Source: an uncultured Candidatus Saccharibacteria bacterium (lineage in GTDB: Bacteria > Patescibacteriota > Minisyncoccia > Phycocordibacterales > SBAW01). From it: DNA of 46,730 nt. Where the stretch lies: positions 1 through 46,730 of the forward strand of contig CAYRHY010000005.1 in NCBI GenBank assembly GCA_964424235.1, given 5' to 3'. Numbering within the stretch: position 1 is the stretch's first letter; each line of letters starts with the position of its first letter. The notes under the pieces are model-generated. The model saw only the letters and a program-made list of their open reading frames with translations, did no database searches and had not been told where the DNA came from. This document shows, piece by piece, positions 1-9,919 of this stretch. A program made the translations under genes and the position numbers.

Positions 1-296
1 GCGCGCACAAGCCGGAGATTTTAAAAGCTACCTACAAAGTCATGGGCTTTAGTGATGAAGAGGTTGAAGAGAAGATAGGGCACATGCTCGAAGCCTTCAA
101 GTTTGGCACACCGCCACACGGCGGCATCGCATTTGGTATTGAGCGCAACATCATGAACCTTACCGGAGAGTCGCAGCTCAAAGACGTGCAGGCTTTCCCC
201 ATGACCCGCGGCGGCAAAACAGCGGTCATGAACGCCCCAAAACCTCTTACCCCAAAACAACTCAAAGAGCTTGGTATTTCGGTAGATAAAAAATAA
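1..296 (+). CDS. aspS: Aspartyl-tRNA synthetase, C-terminal fragment (5' end lies off-window)
   Basis: Frame is open from the window edge. Class II aaRS motif-3 region FGTPPHGGIAFGIERNIM. Stop TAA at 294-296. Confidence 0.85.
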   Translation, partial: AHKPEILKATYKVMGFSDEEVEEKIGHMLEAFKFGTPPHGGIAFGIERNIMNLTGESQLKDVQAFPMTRGGKTAVMNAPKPLTPKQLKELGISVDKK

Positions 297-313
297 TATT
301 GAATAAAATAAAT

Positions 314-336
314 CCCGCCGATACTGGTTCGGCGGG
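314..336 (-). terminator. Hairpin terminator between convergent aspS and the receiver gene
   Basis: CCCGCCGA (314-321) pairs with TCGGCGGG (329-336). The minus strand has a T-rich tract after it (ATTTATTTTATT); the plus strand has an A-tract before it. Confidence 0.6.
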
Positions 337-342
337 ACTGGG

Positions 343-795
343 TTAGGGGACACTGGTCCCCAATACTCTCTCGAGGGCGTAGCCCAGCGTGATTAAATTA
401 CCATCTATGTGCTGTAAGGTTGGTATCTCAGCATTCGTACTTTTTTGTTTTTTTCTTGCAGAGACTCTATTAAGTAAATCACTTTCTGTTGGCAACTCGG
501 GTATTGAACGGCCAGTCACCAACATGATAAACGGTACACTCTTACCACATTCTCTGAATTTTCGTAGGACATCATGTCCGTTGAAATCACACAATAGGTC
601 GAGTGCACAAATGACTACATGAAAATGTACTTCTTCTTCCGCCTGAATAATGGCATTTTTTCCATCAACTACTGCGACGGTGATGTGCACACCATCGCTT
701 GCAGCGTCTTCACTATAACCAAGTCTACCCAGTTGGTTGCGATACGCGGCAACATACGCTTCACACTCCTCGACAATCAGTATCTTGATTGCCAC
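343..795 (-). CDS. Single-domain response-regulator receiver (CheY-like) protein
   Basis: KILIVEE...ICALDLL...PFIMLVTG receiver pattern. The GTG at 795 is preceded by GGGAGGAG (807-800). The longest ORF start (GTG at 852) lies inside a TTGACA-N17-CTAATA promoter-like element (871-843), so the shorter start is preferred. Confidence 0.6.
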   Translation of the reverse strand: MAIKILIVEECEAYVAAYRNQLGRLGYSEDAASDGVHITVAVVDGKNAIIQAEEEVHFHVVICALDLLCDFNGHDVLRKFRECGKSVPFIMLVTGRSIPELPTESDLLNRVSARKKQKSTNAEIPTLQHIDGNLITLGYALERVLGTSVP

Positions 796-905
796 AGCAC
801 TCCTCCCCTTGAGCCCAAGCAAAATACCCAAGCTGCGGCGTCTATTAGACACCCTACAGTTTTATTGTCAAATGAGTTATGAACTCCACATTTTAAAATC
901 AAAAT

Positions 906-935
906 CCCGCCGACAACCTGTGGTTAATCAGCGGG
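906..935 (-). terminator. Rho-independent terminator of the second receiver gene
   Basis: CCCGCcGA / TCaGCGGG stem. On the minus strand it is followed by ATTTTGATTTT. Confidence 0.6.
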
Positions 936-950
936 AGAGGTGCCGTATAT

Positions 951-1322
951 TTAGAGTCTCTCGAACATTTTTTCATGTATAGCCCTCGTCGTACATAGCA
1001 CAGCGTCAAAGTCGACGAGAGCTTGGGTCATACGTTCTGCGTCGTCTGGTCCTTTGCATATGAGAATCACCGGAGTCTTAACCATGTACAGACCACGGCG
1101 CAAGTTCTGTACAAATTCGATTCCGCTCATATCACGAATATTGGAATCAAAGATAATCAAATCGGGAGAAGGCTGAGTACTCTGCAGAGCTGCAGCAGCA
1201 CTTTCCGCCTCTCTAAAATTCTGATACCCCATATCGACCAGGCGGCGGCGCAGTGGCATAGCGCTTGTATGACCGTGACTCACAATAAGTACGATATCTG
1301 GGATTCTTTTTATCATCTCCAC
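951..1322 (-). CDS. Single-domain receiver-like protein with a degenerate acidic pocket
   Basis: CheY-like layout (IVLIVSHGH...LIIFDSNIRDMSG...PVILIC). GTG start sits 6 nt after AGGAGG (1334-1329). Confidence 0.6.
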   Translation of the reverse strand: MEMIKRIPDIVLIVSHGHTSAMPLRRRLVDMGYQNFREAESAAAALQSTQPSPDLIIFDSNIRDMSGIEFVQNLRRGLYMVKTPVILICKGPDDAERMTQALVDFDAVLCTTRAIHEKMFERL

Positions 1323-1462
1323 AGCATTCCTCCTGCGGTTGTTTGTACTTTCGCTTCTGACACCCTACCGAGAAATAGGGAATAGTCAATAGTAAGGACA
1401 CTAAGCGCTCCGTTAGTCAACTCTCCTCACTCGGCAATAAGTTTGGTAGACTGGCAATATCT

Positions 1463-2875
1463 ATGAAAATTAACTTCACTGCAGCCAGTATTGAGAAAGC
1501 GCCCAAGGGGTATGTGCGTGTGCGGGTGACCGAGTCATCATATAAGAGACTCTTTACTGAAAATGGAGCAGAGATACTCGAAGTTGGTTTTGGTAAGAAA
1601 TTTACTGAAGTAAGCAGACGCAATTTTATTTTGAAGTGCCGCTCAATTATCACAACCGCGAAGCAAAATAAGGTAAAGAAATTAGCAATCGAGCTTGATC
1701 ATCCGACATTTCCAAAACTCAACGATATGCCAATTGCCGAGTTTGGTTCACTTATTGCTGAAGCGTTTGAGATGGCAAACTACGAGCACAATACCTACAA
1801 GACCAAACCCAAAGAGGGGTGGAGCGTGGTCGAAGAAGTGCTCGTCTGCGGCGAGACTCCCAAGGACATGCAGGCAGGCTTCAAGCGCGGGCAAGTGATA
1901 GCCGAGGAGGTAAACGCCTGCCGCGAGCTTGCCAACACCCCGGGTGGTGATATGACCCCCAAGACCCTCGCTCAAGCGGCCAAAAAGGCCCTCCAGGGCA
2001 CCAAAACCACCCTCAAAGTGCTCGGCGTGAAGGAGATGCAAAAGCTCGGTATGGGCGCCGTTTTAGGTATCGGCAAGGGTTCGAAGGACGAGCCCCAGTT
2101 TATCGTCATGGAGTATTGGGGAGCGTCAAAAAATGAACGCCCAGTAGCTTTGGTGGGGAAGGGTGTCACTTTTGATACCGGTGGTCTTAACATCAAAACT
2201 GGCGACCATATGTATGAAATGCACATGGACATGTCGGGCGGTGCAGCGGTCATTCACGCAGTCGCGCTCGCTGCAAAATTAAAGCTTAAGGCAAATGTCG
2301 TTGGCCTTATTCCTGCGGTTGAAAACATGGCAGGTGCTGGTGCGGTGCGCCCTGGTGATATTCTCAAATCTCTCTCAGGTAAAACAATTGAAGTCTTGAA
2401 TACTGACGCTGAAGGTCGCGTTATTCTCGCTGACGGCATTACGTATGCAAAGCGTTATAAGCCAAAAGCAGTTGTGGATGTCGCGACACTCACTGGCGCG
2501 TCGCTGGTCGCTATCGGCACCGTCGCGTCGTGCTTTATGACCAATGAAGAAGAAAAAATTAACGACCTCATGATGGTCGCCGAAAAAAGTGGTGACTATA
2601 TGTGGCCATTGCCCGCATGGGAAGAGTATGAGCCGATGGTAAAAGGTACCTTTGGTGATATTCCAAACCTTTCGACCGATGGCTCGAGCCGCGACGGCGG
2701 CGTTATTGCGGGCGGCATGTTCTTGCGCGAGTTTGCCAAAGAGCTTGAGTGCCTGTGGGTGCATATCGATATGGCGCCACGTATGACCGCTCGCGCCGAC
2801 GAGTACTTAGCAAAAGGCGCGGTCGGCGCGCCAGTGCGCTTCCTCCTGCACTTTATTGAAAGTGAAGTAAAATAG
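1463..2875 (+). CDS. pepA: Leucyl aminopeptidase (M17)
   Basis: VGKGVTFDTGGLNIKTG and NTDAEGRVILAD signature motifs. Confidence 0.9.
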   Translation: MKINFTAASIEKAPKGYVRVRVTESSYKRLFTENGAEILEVGFGKKFTEVSRRNFILKCRSIITTAKQNKVKKLAIELDHPTFPKLNDMPIAEFGSLIAEAFEMANYEHNTYKTKPKEGWSVVEEVLVCGETPKDMQAGFKRGQVIAEEVNACRELANTPGGDMTPKTLAQAAKKALQGTKTTLKVLGVKEMQKLGMGAVLGIGKGSKDEPQFIVMEYWGASKNERPVALVGKGVTFDTGGLNIKTGDHMYEMHMDMSGGAAVIHAVALAAKLKLKANVVGLIPAVENMAGAGAVRPGDILKSLSGKTIEVLNTDAEGRVILADGITYAKRYKPKAVVDVATLTGASLVAIGTVASCFMTNEEEKINDLMMVAEKSGDYMWPLPAWEEYEPMVKGTFGDIPNLSTDGSSRDGGVIAGGMFLREFAKELECLWVHIDMAPRMTARADEYLAKGAVGAPVRFLLHFIESEVK

Positions 2876-3017
2876 TATCAGCGAAAGCAAAACGAAGCTT
2901 CGGCAAAACCAAAGCTTCGGGAGGCGCAAATTTTCCTGCTGATAAAATTTGCTCTGTCCTCGCGCCGACGCGCTGCGGATGCTCCCTCAGCCTTGTTTTG
3001 CCTTTGCTTTTCTCACA

Positions 3018-3764
3018 ATGCCTATCTCCGTCAAAACTCCAGTCTACGAAGGTCCGCTTGATTTGCTGCTTGAGCTGATTGAAAAGCGCAAGCTTCTTAT
3101 CAATGACATTTCACTTTCAACCGTCACCGACGAGTATATTGCGCGTGTGAACGCCATGACCGAGCTGCCAGTCGGTGAGACAACTGAATTTGTTTCGCTC
3201 GCTGCTACACTGCTCCTCATTAAATCGCGCTCACTTTTACCAACACTCACCCTCACGCAAGAAGAGTCGCGCGATATTAAAGAGCTCCAGTATCGCCTCG
3301 CTCTTTACCAAATGGTCAAAGAAGCGGGGAGAGCGCTGAGCACTGCCACCAAACAGCCATACCTCAACGAGGTGAGCACGCCGCAGTGGGAGCCGCTCTA
3401 TATATTTGATACTTCTATAACACCCGAGTCATTGCGCAGTGCAGGACGCGCGCTCATCGAAGGATTCCCAACAATGCTCGCGCTGCCTAAAGTTGCGGTC
3501 AAAAAAATTATTTCACTTGAGGAAATGATCGGGCAGCTCGCCGCCCGCGTCTCTACCGCGTTTGAGTTATCCTTTCGAGAATTTAGTGGGCTCCATCGCA
3601 AACCAGACGCCCACGATCTACAAGAGCACAAACACACCGTCATTGTGAGTTTTTTAGCTCTCTTAGAGTTAGTGAAGCAGGGTATACTACAAGCACAGCA
3701 GCAGGAATATTTTGGAGACATCACACTCCAATCTGACGCCGTGTCTACACCACGTTATGAATGA
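3018..3764 (+). CDS. scpA: Segregation and condensation protein A
   Basis: PVYEGPLDLLLELIEKRKL N-terminus typical of ScpA. The ATG at 3018 is preferred over the extended ORF start at 2949. Confidence 0.8.
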   Translation: MPISVKTPVYEGPLDLLLELIEKRKLLINDISLSTVTDEYIARVNAMTELPVGETTEFVSLAATLLLIKSRSLLPTLTLTQEESRDIKELQYRLALYQMVKEAGRALSTATKQPYLNEVSTPQWEPLYIFDTSITPESLRSAGRALIEGFPTMLALPKVAVKKIISLEEMIGQLAARVSTAFELSFREFSGLHRKPDAHDLQEHKHTVIVSFLALLELVKQGILQAQQQEYFGDITLQSDAVSTPRYE

Positions 3765-4311
3765 CCACACTACCGCACAGCAAATAGAAGGCCTGCTCTT
3801 TGCACTTGGTAAATCGCTTGCGCGCACCGAGCTTATGAAAATGCTTGAGGTGGATAGCGAAGCGCTCGAGCGCGGTATCGCCAAGCTGCGCGAAGGTAGG
3901 GAGCGGGGTGTCGTCGTGGTGGATGACGGTACTGCGCTTGAATTGCGTATCAGCTCCGAGGCTGCTGCGGTAGTTGAAAAGGTACGTCGCGACGAGCTCT
4001 CACGCGACATTGGTCGCGCTGGGCTCGAAGTGCTTGCCGCTATTATCTATCGGGGGCCTCTTTCGCGCTCAGACATTGATTTTATTCGTGGTGTTAACTC
4101 TGCGCAGACGCTGCGCACACTGAGTGTGCGCGGGCTTATCCGCCGCATCCCAAACCCCAAGGACGAACGTTCGTTTTTGTATGAACCAACCACTGAATTG
4201 CTCGCGAGCCTTGGTGCTACTCACGCGCGCGATATCCCAGACTACGACTCAGTGCGCGAAAAACTACACACCCTTGAAGTAGCGTATAGAGAAGGCCAAC
4301 GCGAATCATGA
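3757..4311 (+). CDS. scpB: Segregation and condensation protein B
   Basis: IEGLLFALGKSL ... SRSDIDFIRGV winged-helix pattern. The ATG at 3757 overlaps the scpA stop. Confidence 0.8.
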   Translation: MNDHTTAQQIEGLLFALGKSLARTELMKMLEVDSEALERGIAKLREGRERGVVVVDDGTALELRISSEAAAVVEKVRRDELSRDIGRAGLEVLAAIIYRGPLSRSDIDFIRGVNSAQTLRTLSVRGLIRRIPNPKDERSFLYEPTTELLASLGATHARDIPDYDSVREKLHTLEVAYREGQRES

Positions 4312-5219
4312 AAAAAGTAAAAATCCCTCATCACACGCACACGCTCAGCGCTCTCTTTATGACCGGCGCTCTTTTAATTGTCACCTGGGGGGGCTCGACC
4401 GCTTTGGTGGCATTACAACACACCCCACAACTGGCCGCGGTTTCGCTTGCCAGCACACCCACCATTACCGATGTGGCGGTGCAGGCGCAAGCCGCTGTGC
4501 TGTTTGACCCGAGCGACGGTTCAATACTGTATGCGAAAAATGCTACTGAGGTGCTGCCACTCGCATCAGTTACCAAACTTATGACTGCTGAAATTCTGCT
4601 CACCGCACAGAGTCCTGATACCACCATCACCGTCAGCCCACACGCACTCGCAGTTAAAGCTGATGCTGCGGACGAAGGATTTACTACAGGCGACAGTACT
4701 ACACTTGACCAACTTATTCGTATCGGCCTCGTTGCATCTTCCAATGTGGCAATACAAGCTGCTGCAGAAAGTTTGGGCGAGCACTATCTTGCGCGTATGA
4801 ATGAAGTCGCGGGCAACTTGGGTCTCTTGAACACACATTTTTATAATCCAACGGGGTTGGATACCGACGGTAAGAGCTCGGGCGCATATTCCAGCGCCTA
4901 TGACGTGGCGCGCCTTGCCTCACTTTTCTATAAACAAAATCCTGAATATTTTACTCTCACGCGACAACCATCAGTCTCTATCACCGTCGGTAAAAAAACA
5001 CTTACCGCTAAAGCAACTGCGCTCCCTTTAAGCACCATCCCCGGTTTCATCGGCGCAAAAACCGGCTATACTGACCTTGCAGGAGGTAACTTGGTTGCAG
5101 TTTTTGATATCGAAATAGGACATCCGATTGTTGTCGTGGTACTGGGCTCATCACGCGACGGACGTTTTAGCGATGTTGCGACTCTTATATCCGCTCTGCG
5201 TACTCATCCATCACTATGA
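4308..5219 (+). CDS. D-alanyl-D-alanine carboxypeptidase (S11, low-MW PBP)
   Basis: SVTK (SxxK), SSN and KTGYT motifs, N-terminal TM anchor, ATGA overlap with scpB. Confidence 0.8.
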   Translation: MKKVKIPHHTHTLSALFMTGALLIVTWGGSTALVALQHTPQLAAVSLASTPTITDVAVQAQAAVLFDPSDGSILYAKNATEVLPLASVTKLMTAEILLTAQSPDTTITVSPHALAVKADAADEGFTTGDSTTLDQLIRIGLVASSNVAIQAAAESLGEHYLARMNEVAGNLGLLNTHFYNPTGLDTDGKSSGAYSSAYDVARLASLFYKQNPEYFTLTRQPSVSITVGKKTLTAKATALPLSTIPGFIGAKTGYTDLAGGNLVAVFDIEIGHPIVVVVLGSSRDGRFSDVATLISALRTHPSL

Positions 5220-6268
5220 CCACTATCGAAGCAATGCGTGTATTTATTCCTGCAACGGTAGCTTTCCTTATTGGTATTGGGATCACACCACTACTCACAC
5301 ATTTTTTATATGCATACAAAATGTGGAAGCCCAAGGCGGGCAAAGTAGCTCTTGATGGCACCCCTGCAGATGTGTTTAACAGACTCCATGAAACTAAAGA
5401 GGTGGGGACACCACGTTTTGGCGGCATTGTGGTGTGGATGAGTGTGCTCATCACCGCAACCTTCCTGTCACTACTAGGGGCTATATATCCGGATGCCTTT
5501 GGTGCGCTCGGATTTATCAGCCGCAGTCAGACCTGGGTGCCACTGGTTGCGTTTATTGCCGGTTCACTCGTAGGGCTTTTTGATGACCTGTTTGAGGTGC
5601 AGGGGAAGAAGGGATTGCGTCTGCGTGTGCGACTTCTATTTGTCGCGAGCGTCGCAGTGCTGTGCGCCTGGTGGTTTTATGCAAAGCTTGGCGTTGCAGC
5701 CATCTCCATACCCTTTGATGGCACACTCGAGGTAGGTATGTGGTTTATTCCGCTCTTCGTACTTGTTGCGCTCTTTATGTACGCGGGTGGTGTTATTGAT
5801 GGTATCGATGGGCTCGCGGGTGGCATATTTTCGATTATTTTTAGTGCCTATGCCGGAATAGCATTCTTCCAACATCAAATGGACATTGCTGCGCTGTGTG
5901 CCGCTATTACTGGTGGTACGCTCGCGTTTTTATGGTTTAACATCCCGCCTGCGCGTTTCTATCTTTCTGAGACAGGCACGATGGGGCTCTCGATACTGCT
6001 CACCTCGATCGCATTTCTCACCGACACACTGGGTGGCGGCAAGGGGGTCGCCGTGCTTCCCATCATTGCATTCCCGTTGGCCGCGACCGTCATTTCAAAC
6101 GTACTGCAAATGATCTGGAAAAAAATATTCAAAAAGAAATTACTGCGCATCGCACCACTGCATCACCACTTTGAAGCACTCGGCTGGCCACCGTATAAGG
6201 TGACCATGCGCTATTGGATAGTAGGCATTATCTTCGCCATTATCGGCATGAGTATTGCACTATTGTAA
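5216..6268 (+). CDS. mraY: Phospho-N-acetylmuramoyl-pentapeptide transferase
   Basis: DDLFEV, IDGIDGLAGG and APLHHHFE motifs; polytopic membrane protein. Confidence 0.9.
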   Translation: MTTIEAMRVFIPATVAFLIGIGITPLLTHFLYAYKMWKPKAGKVALDGTPADVFNRLHETKEVGTPRFGGIVVWMSVLITATFLSLLGAIYPDAFGALGFISRSQTWVPLVAFIAGSLVGLFDDLFEVQGKKGLRLRVRLLFVASVAVLCAWWFYAKLGVAAISIPFDGTLEVGMWFIPLFVLVALFMYAGGVIDGIDGLAGGIFSIIFSAYAGIAFFQHQMDIAALCAAITGGTLAFLWFNIPPARFYLSETGTMGLSILLTSIAFLTDTLGGGKGVAVLPIIAFPLAATVISNVLQMIWKKIFKKKLLRIAPLHHHFEALGWPPYKVTMRYWIVGIIFAIIGMSIALL

Positions 6269-7372
6269 ATGAGTAAAGGTAAATCTATCGATACTCCATT
6301 TCTCTTGGCGCTATGTGCGTTGGTGACTTTTGGATTACTTATTTTCACCTCAGCCGCGATGGGGTTATTGGCGCGTGATGGGGGAGCAAGCTTCACCTCT
6401 GTTGCTGCAAGCCAACTATTGTTTGGACTGGTGTGCGGGAGTATGCTACTTATCTTTTTTGCTCGTCTGGATTACCAAAAAATTCGCCCCTATACGCCCT
6501 ATTTTTTTGGCTTCGCACTTTTCCTTACCATCCTCACCTTTGTGCCGCATGTCGGCCTGTCACTGAAAGGAGCGTCTCGGTGGATCATGATCGGGCGCTT
6601 TTCATTCCAACCCGAAGAAATACTCAAATTTGCAACTGTGCTTTTTTTAGCGGCCGTCTACTCATCTCACTTTAAAGCGATCAAGACCCTGCGCGGCGGG
6701 ATCCTTCCTTTAGCCCTTATTCCCGGCAGTGCGGCAGTGTTACTGCTGTTGCAGCCCAACACGGCAGGCGTCATCATTATAGGTCTCGCGGGGGTATGCA
6801 TGCTCTTTGTGGGCGGTGGACGCATGTGGCATCTCGCGCTTTTGGCAACAGTAGGCATAGTAGTACTTGGTGCCGCAGCGGTGGTGTATCCGCACGTACG
6901 CGATCGTATCGATACATATCTCAATGCTTCAGAAGATCCGCAAGGGTCAGGCTACCAAATTCAGCAGTCACTTATCGCGGTAGGCTCTGGAGGATTTATC
7001 GGTCGCGGCTTTGGCCAAAGTATCGAAAAATTTAAATACCTTCCTGAGCCGATAGGGGACACTATTTTTGCCGTCGCGGGTGAAGAATTTGGGTTCATAG
7101 GCTCAACCCTGCTTGTCGTCCTGTTTACTATTTTTGCGGTGCTTGGGCTGCGTATCGCCGCTCGCGCGCCCGACCCCTTTGGCGGGCTTGTCGTTGTTGG
7201 GCTTGTGATGCTCATCGTGGGACAGTCCTATTTTAATATCGCCTCAACGCTTGGGTTGGTGCCACTGATTGGCGTGCCACTCATATTCGTATCGCATGGT
7301 GGCACCGCGCTGGCGCTCGCACTCGCCGAGATCGGCGTCATCCTTAACATCTCGCGCAGGATGAAGAGCTAG
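6269..7372 (+). CDS. ftsW: SEDS-family peptidoglycan polymerase (FtsW/RodA)
   Basis: QQSLIAVGSGGFIGRGFGQS...LPEPIGDTIFAVAGEEFGFIG. Lies between mraY and murG. Confidence 0.85.
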   Translation: MSKGKSIDTPFLLALCALVTFGLLIFTSAAMGLLARDGGASFTSVAASQLLFGLVCGSMLLIFFARLDYQKIRPYTPYFFGFALFLTILTFVPHVGLSLKGASRWIMIGRFSFQPEEILKFATVLFLAAVYSSHFKAIKTLRGGILPLALIPGSAAVLLLLQPNTAGVIIIGLAGVCMLFVGGGRMWHLALLATVGIVVLGAAAVVYPHVRDRIDTYLNASEDPQGSGYQIQQSLIAVGSGGFIGRGFGQSIEKFKYLPEPIGDTIFAVAGEEFGFIGSTLLVVLFTIFAVLGLRIAARAPDPFGGLVVVGLVMLIVGQSYFNIASTLGLVPLIGVPLIFVSHGGTALALALAEIGVILNISRRMKS

Positions 7373-7401
7373 TATTTTTTTGATAGAGTTAGCAAAACAG
7401 T

Positions 7402-8532
7402 ATGAAGATTGTATTTACAGGCGGTGGAACAGGAGGGCATTTTTATCCAATCGTTGCAGTTGCAGAAGCGGTGCATGAAGTTGTGCGTAATAAAAAATTA
7501 GTGGCACCCGAGTTGTTGTATATGGCACCAGAGCCATACGACACCGATGTGCTCTATGCTAACAATATTACGTATATCAACATTCCGGCAGGAAAAGTGC
7601 GCCACTATTTTTCGCTGCGCAATGTAACCGATGCCTGTAAGACCGCATGGGGTATCGTACTTTCGCTGTGGCACCTCTATTTTTTATATCCCGATGTGGT
7701 GTTTGGCGCAGGGGGGTACGCAAGCTTTCCACCACTTTTTGCTGCGCGCATCCTCGGCATCCCGGTTGTCATTTACGCAACCGACGCACAGCCAAGTCGA
7801 GTGAATACTTGGGCGGGGAAATTTGCAGAAAAAATCGCTATTTCATTTCCTGATGCGGCAAAATTCTTTCCTACTGAGAAGGTGGCGTTTACTGGTAACC
7901 CGGTGCGCAAGAGTCTTATGCTCCCGGCGCGCGAAGGCGCATACGAGTTTCTTAAACTCGACCCGACCATCCCGATCGTATGGATTTTGGGGGGCTCTCA
8001 AGGAGCGGTTGCTATTAATGATGCCATTCTCGCGGGGCTCCCACGCCTGCTTGAAAAATACCAAGTAGTACACCAAACCGGTGAAGCAAATATAGTTGAA
8101 GTGACCGGGCGCGCTAAAATCGCGCTTGAAGGTTCACCGTATGCGAATCGGTATAAGCCGTTTGCGTACCTTAACGAACTGGCACTGCGCATGACTGCAG
8201 GTGCAGCAAAGGTAGCCGTGTGCCGTTCGGGCGCGGGTACCATTTTTGAGCTCGCCACCTGGGGCATCCCCGCTATACTGGTACCGATCCCTGAAGAGAT
8301 TTCTCATGATCAAACTAAAAACGCTTTGTCCTACGCACGCACTGGGGCGGCGAGCATAATCGAACAGCGCAATCTCACCCCGGGCGTATTGTTAGCTGAA
8401 ATCAATCGCATCCTCGAGCACCCAGAAGTTGCACACACTATGACAACCGCAGCACGCACATTTGCTCGCGCTGACGCCGGCACAGTGATAGCCGAAGCGC
8501 TCCTCTCCATAGCCCTTTCACACGAGGTGTAA
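7402..8532 (+). CDS. murG: UDP-GlcNAc:lipid I GlcNAc transferase
   Basis: KIVFTGGGTGGHFYP N-terminus; dcw context. Confidence 0.9.
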   Translation: MKIVFTGGGTGGHFYPIVAVAEAVHEVVRNKKLVAPELLYMAPEPYDTDVLYANNITYINIPAGKVRHYFSLRNVTDACKTAWGIVLSLWHLYFLYPDVVFGAGGYASFPPLFAARILGIPVVIYATDAQPSRVNTWAGKFAEKIAISFPDAAKFFPTEKVAFTGNPVRKSLMLPAREGAYEFLKLDPTIPIVWILGGSQGAVAINDAILAGLPRLLEKYQVVHQTGEANIVEVTGRAKIALEGSPYANRYKPFAYLNELALRMTAGAAKVAVCRSGAGTIFELATWGIPAILVPIPEEISHDQTKNALSYARTGAASIIEQRNLTPGVLLAEINRILEHPEVAHTMTTAARTFARADAGTVIAEALLSIALSHEV

Positions 8533-8551
8533 GTAGGGTATAACAAGCTCT

Positions 8552-9910
8552 ATGTTACATGTCGTCACTCGTATAGCCCCATCACCAACAGGACAGATGC
8601 ACATAGGCACTGTTCGTACGGCGCTTTTTAACTACTTATTTGCGAAGCAACACGGCGGTACTTACTTTGTCCGCATTGAAGACACCGATAAAGAACGCAA
8701 TAAGGAAGAGTGGGTAGATGCGATTTGGGAAGACTTTGAGTGGTGCAACCTTCCTCCTGATGCAAAATATCGAACCTCTGAAAGACTTGAGCGTCATATT
8801 GAGTTACTTACAGCATTAATTGCATCAGGCAAAGCATACGTATCAAAAGAACCTAAAAAAGATGACCCATCGCAGGAGGTTGAGGTGGTACGTTTAAAAA
8901 ATCCGAACACCACCATAACCTTTACGGACCTCATTCGTGGAGAAATAAGCTTTGATACTTCTGAACTGGGAGATTTCGTTATAGCGCGGTCGATTACTGA
9001 TCCTTTGTATCACTTTGCGGTGGTGGCAGATGATGGCGACGCCGGGGTCACCCACGTGTTGCGCGCAGAAGAACACATTTCAAACACCCCGCGACAAATT
9101 TTACTTCTCGAGGCACTGGGGTTCCAGCGTCCTCACTATGGCCACTTTCCACTCATTCTTGCATCTGACCGATCAAAGCTTTCAAAAAGAAAGCACGGTG
9201 CTTCTATAGAAAAGTACCGCGAACAGGGTTTTATTCCGGAAGCTATTATTAATTATTTGGCTATGCTTGGATGGAACCCTGGCACCGAGCAAGAGCTTTT
9301 TACTCTCGACGAGTTACAAAAAGTTTTTTCTCTTGATCGAGTACATAAAGGCGGTGCTGTTTTTGATATCGAAAAAATGCGCTGGTTCAATCACGAGCAT
9401 TTGAAACGACTCAGTGACGAAGAGTACAAGAAACGACTTGAGACATTTGTGCAAAAAGAAGTTGGGGCGCGTTTAATGCCGCTTTTAAAAGATAGAGCAG
9501 TGACGCTCAAGGAAGCAGTAGATTTACTCGAACAAGAATTTGATTTCTTAGAATCACCGGTAGCGTATGATCCCACTCTGCTATTGAACAAAGGTAAACT
9601 TGATGCCGAGACTACCAAAAAACATTTGGTAGCGCTGAAAGACATGATGGCAAATATTTCTGTTGGCGATTCTTCTGTGCCAGACATCAGACACTGGTTT
9701 TTACCCTATGCATGGGAACACGATTCTCCGGACACAGCAAAGAGCGTGCTCATGCCCTACGCAGACCAGGAGGGGAGGGGTGCGGTGCTTTGGCCTCTGC
9801 GCGTAGCTCTCTCGGGGAAGGATAAATCACCTGATCCCTTCACGATTATTTGGCTTATAGGCACAAAAGAAGCTACCGCGCGTATTGAGGCGGCATTGAA
9901 ATTGCTCTAA
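8552..9910 (+). CDS. gltX: Glutamyl-tRNA synthetase
   Basis: RIAPSPTGQMHIGTVRTALFNYLFA (HIGH region) and KLSKRK (KMSKS). Confidence 0.9.
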   Translation: MLHVVTRIAPSPTGQMHIGTVRTALFNYLFAKQHGGTYFVRIEDTDKERNKEEWVDAIWEDFEWCNLPPDAKYRTSERLERHIELLTALIASGKAYVSKEPKKDDPSQEVEVVRLKNPNTTITFTDLIRGEISFDTSELGDFVIARSITDPLYHFAVVADDGDAGVTHVLRAEEHISNTPRQILLLEALGFQRPHYGHFPLILASDRSKLSKRKHGASIEKYREQGFIPEAIINYLAMLGWNPGTEQELFTLDELQKVFSLDRVHKGGAVFDIEKMRWFNHEHLKRLSDEEYKKRLETFVQKEVGARLMPLLKDRAVTLKEAVDLLEQEFDFLESPVAYDPTLLLNKGKLDAETTKKHLVALKDMMANISVGDSSVPDIRHWFLPYAWEHDSPDTAKSVLMPYADQEGRGAVLWPLRVALSGKDKSPDPFTIIWLIGTKEATARIEAALKLL

Positions 9911-9919
9911 AATAGGGTA

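Noticed and set aside
2949-3017. N-terminal extensions of several track ORFs: scpA 2949, scpB 3712, corA 17968, yqeY 24909, greA 34021, mrdA 35867, nth 41951, and the Zn-ribbon gene 26571.
   Set aside because: The extensions have no family similarity. They overlap upstream genes or contain the gene's own promoter elements. Internal ATGs coincide with conserved N-termini or ATGA-type junctions.
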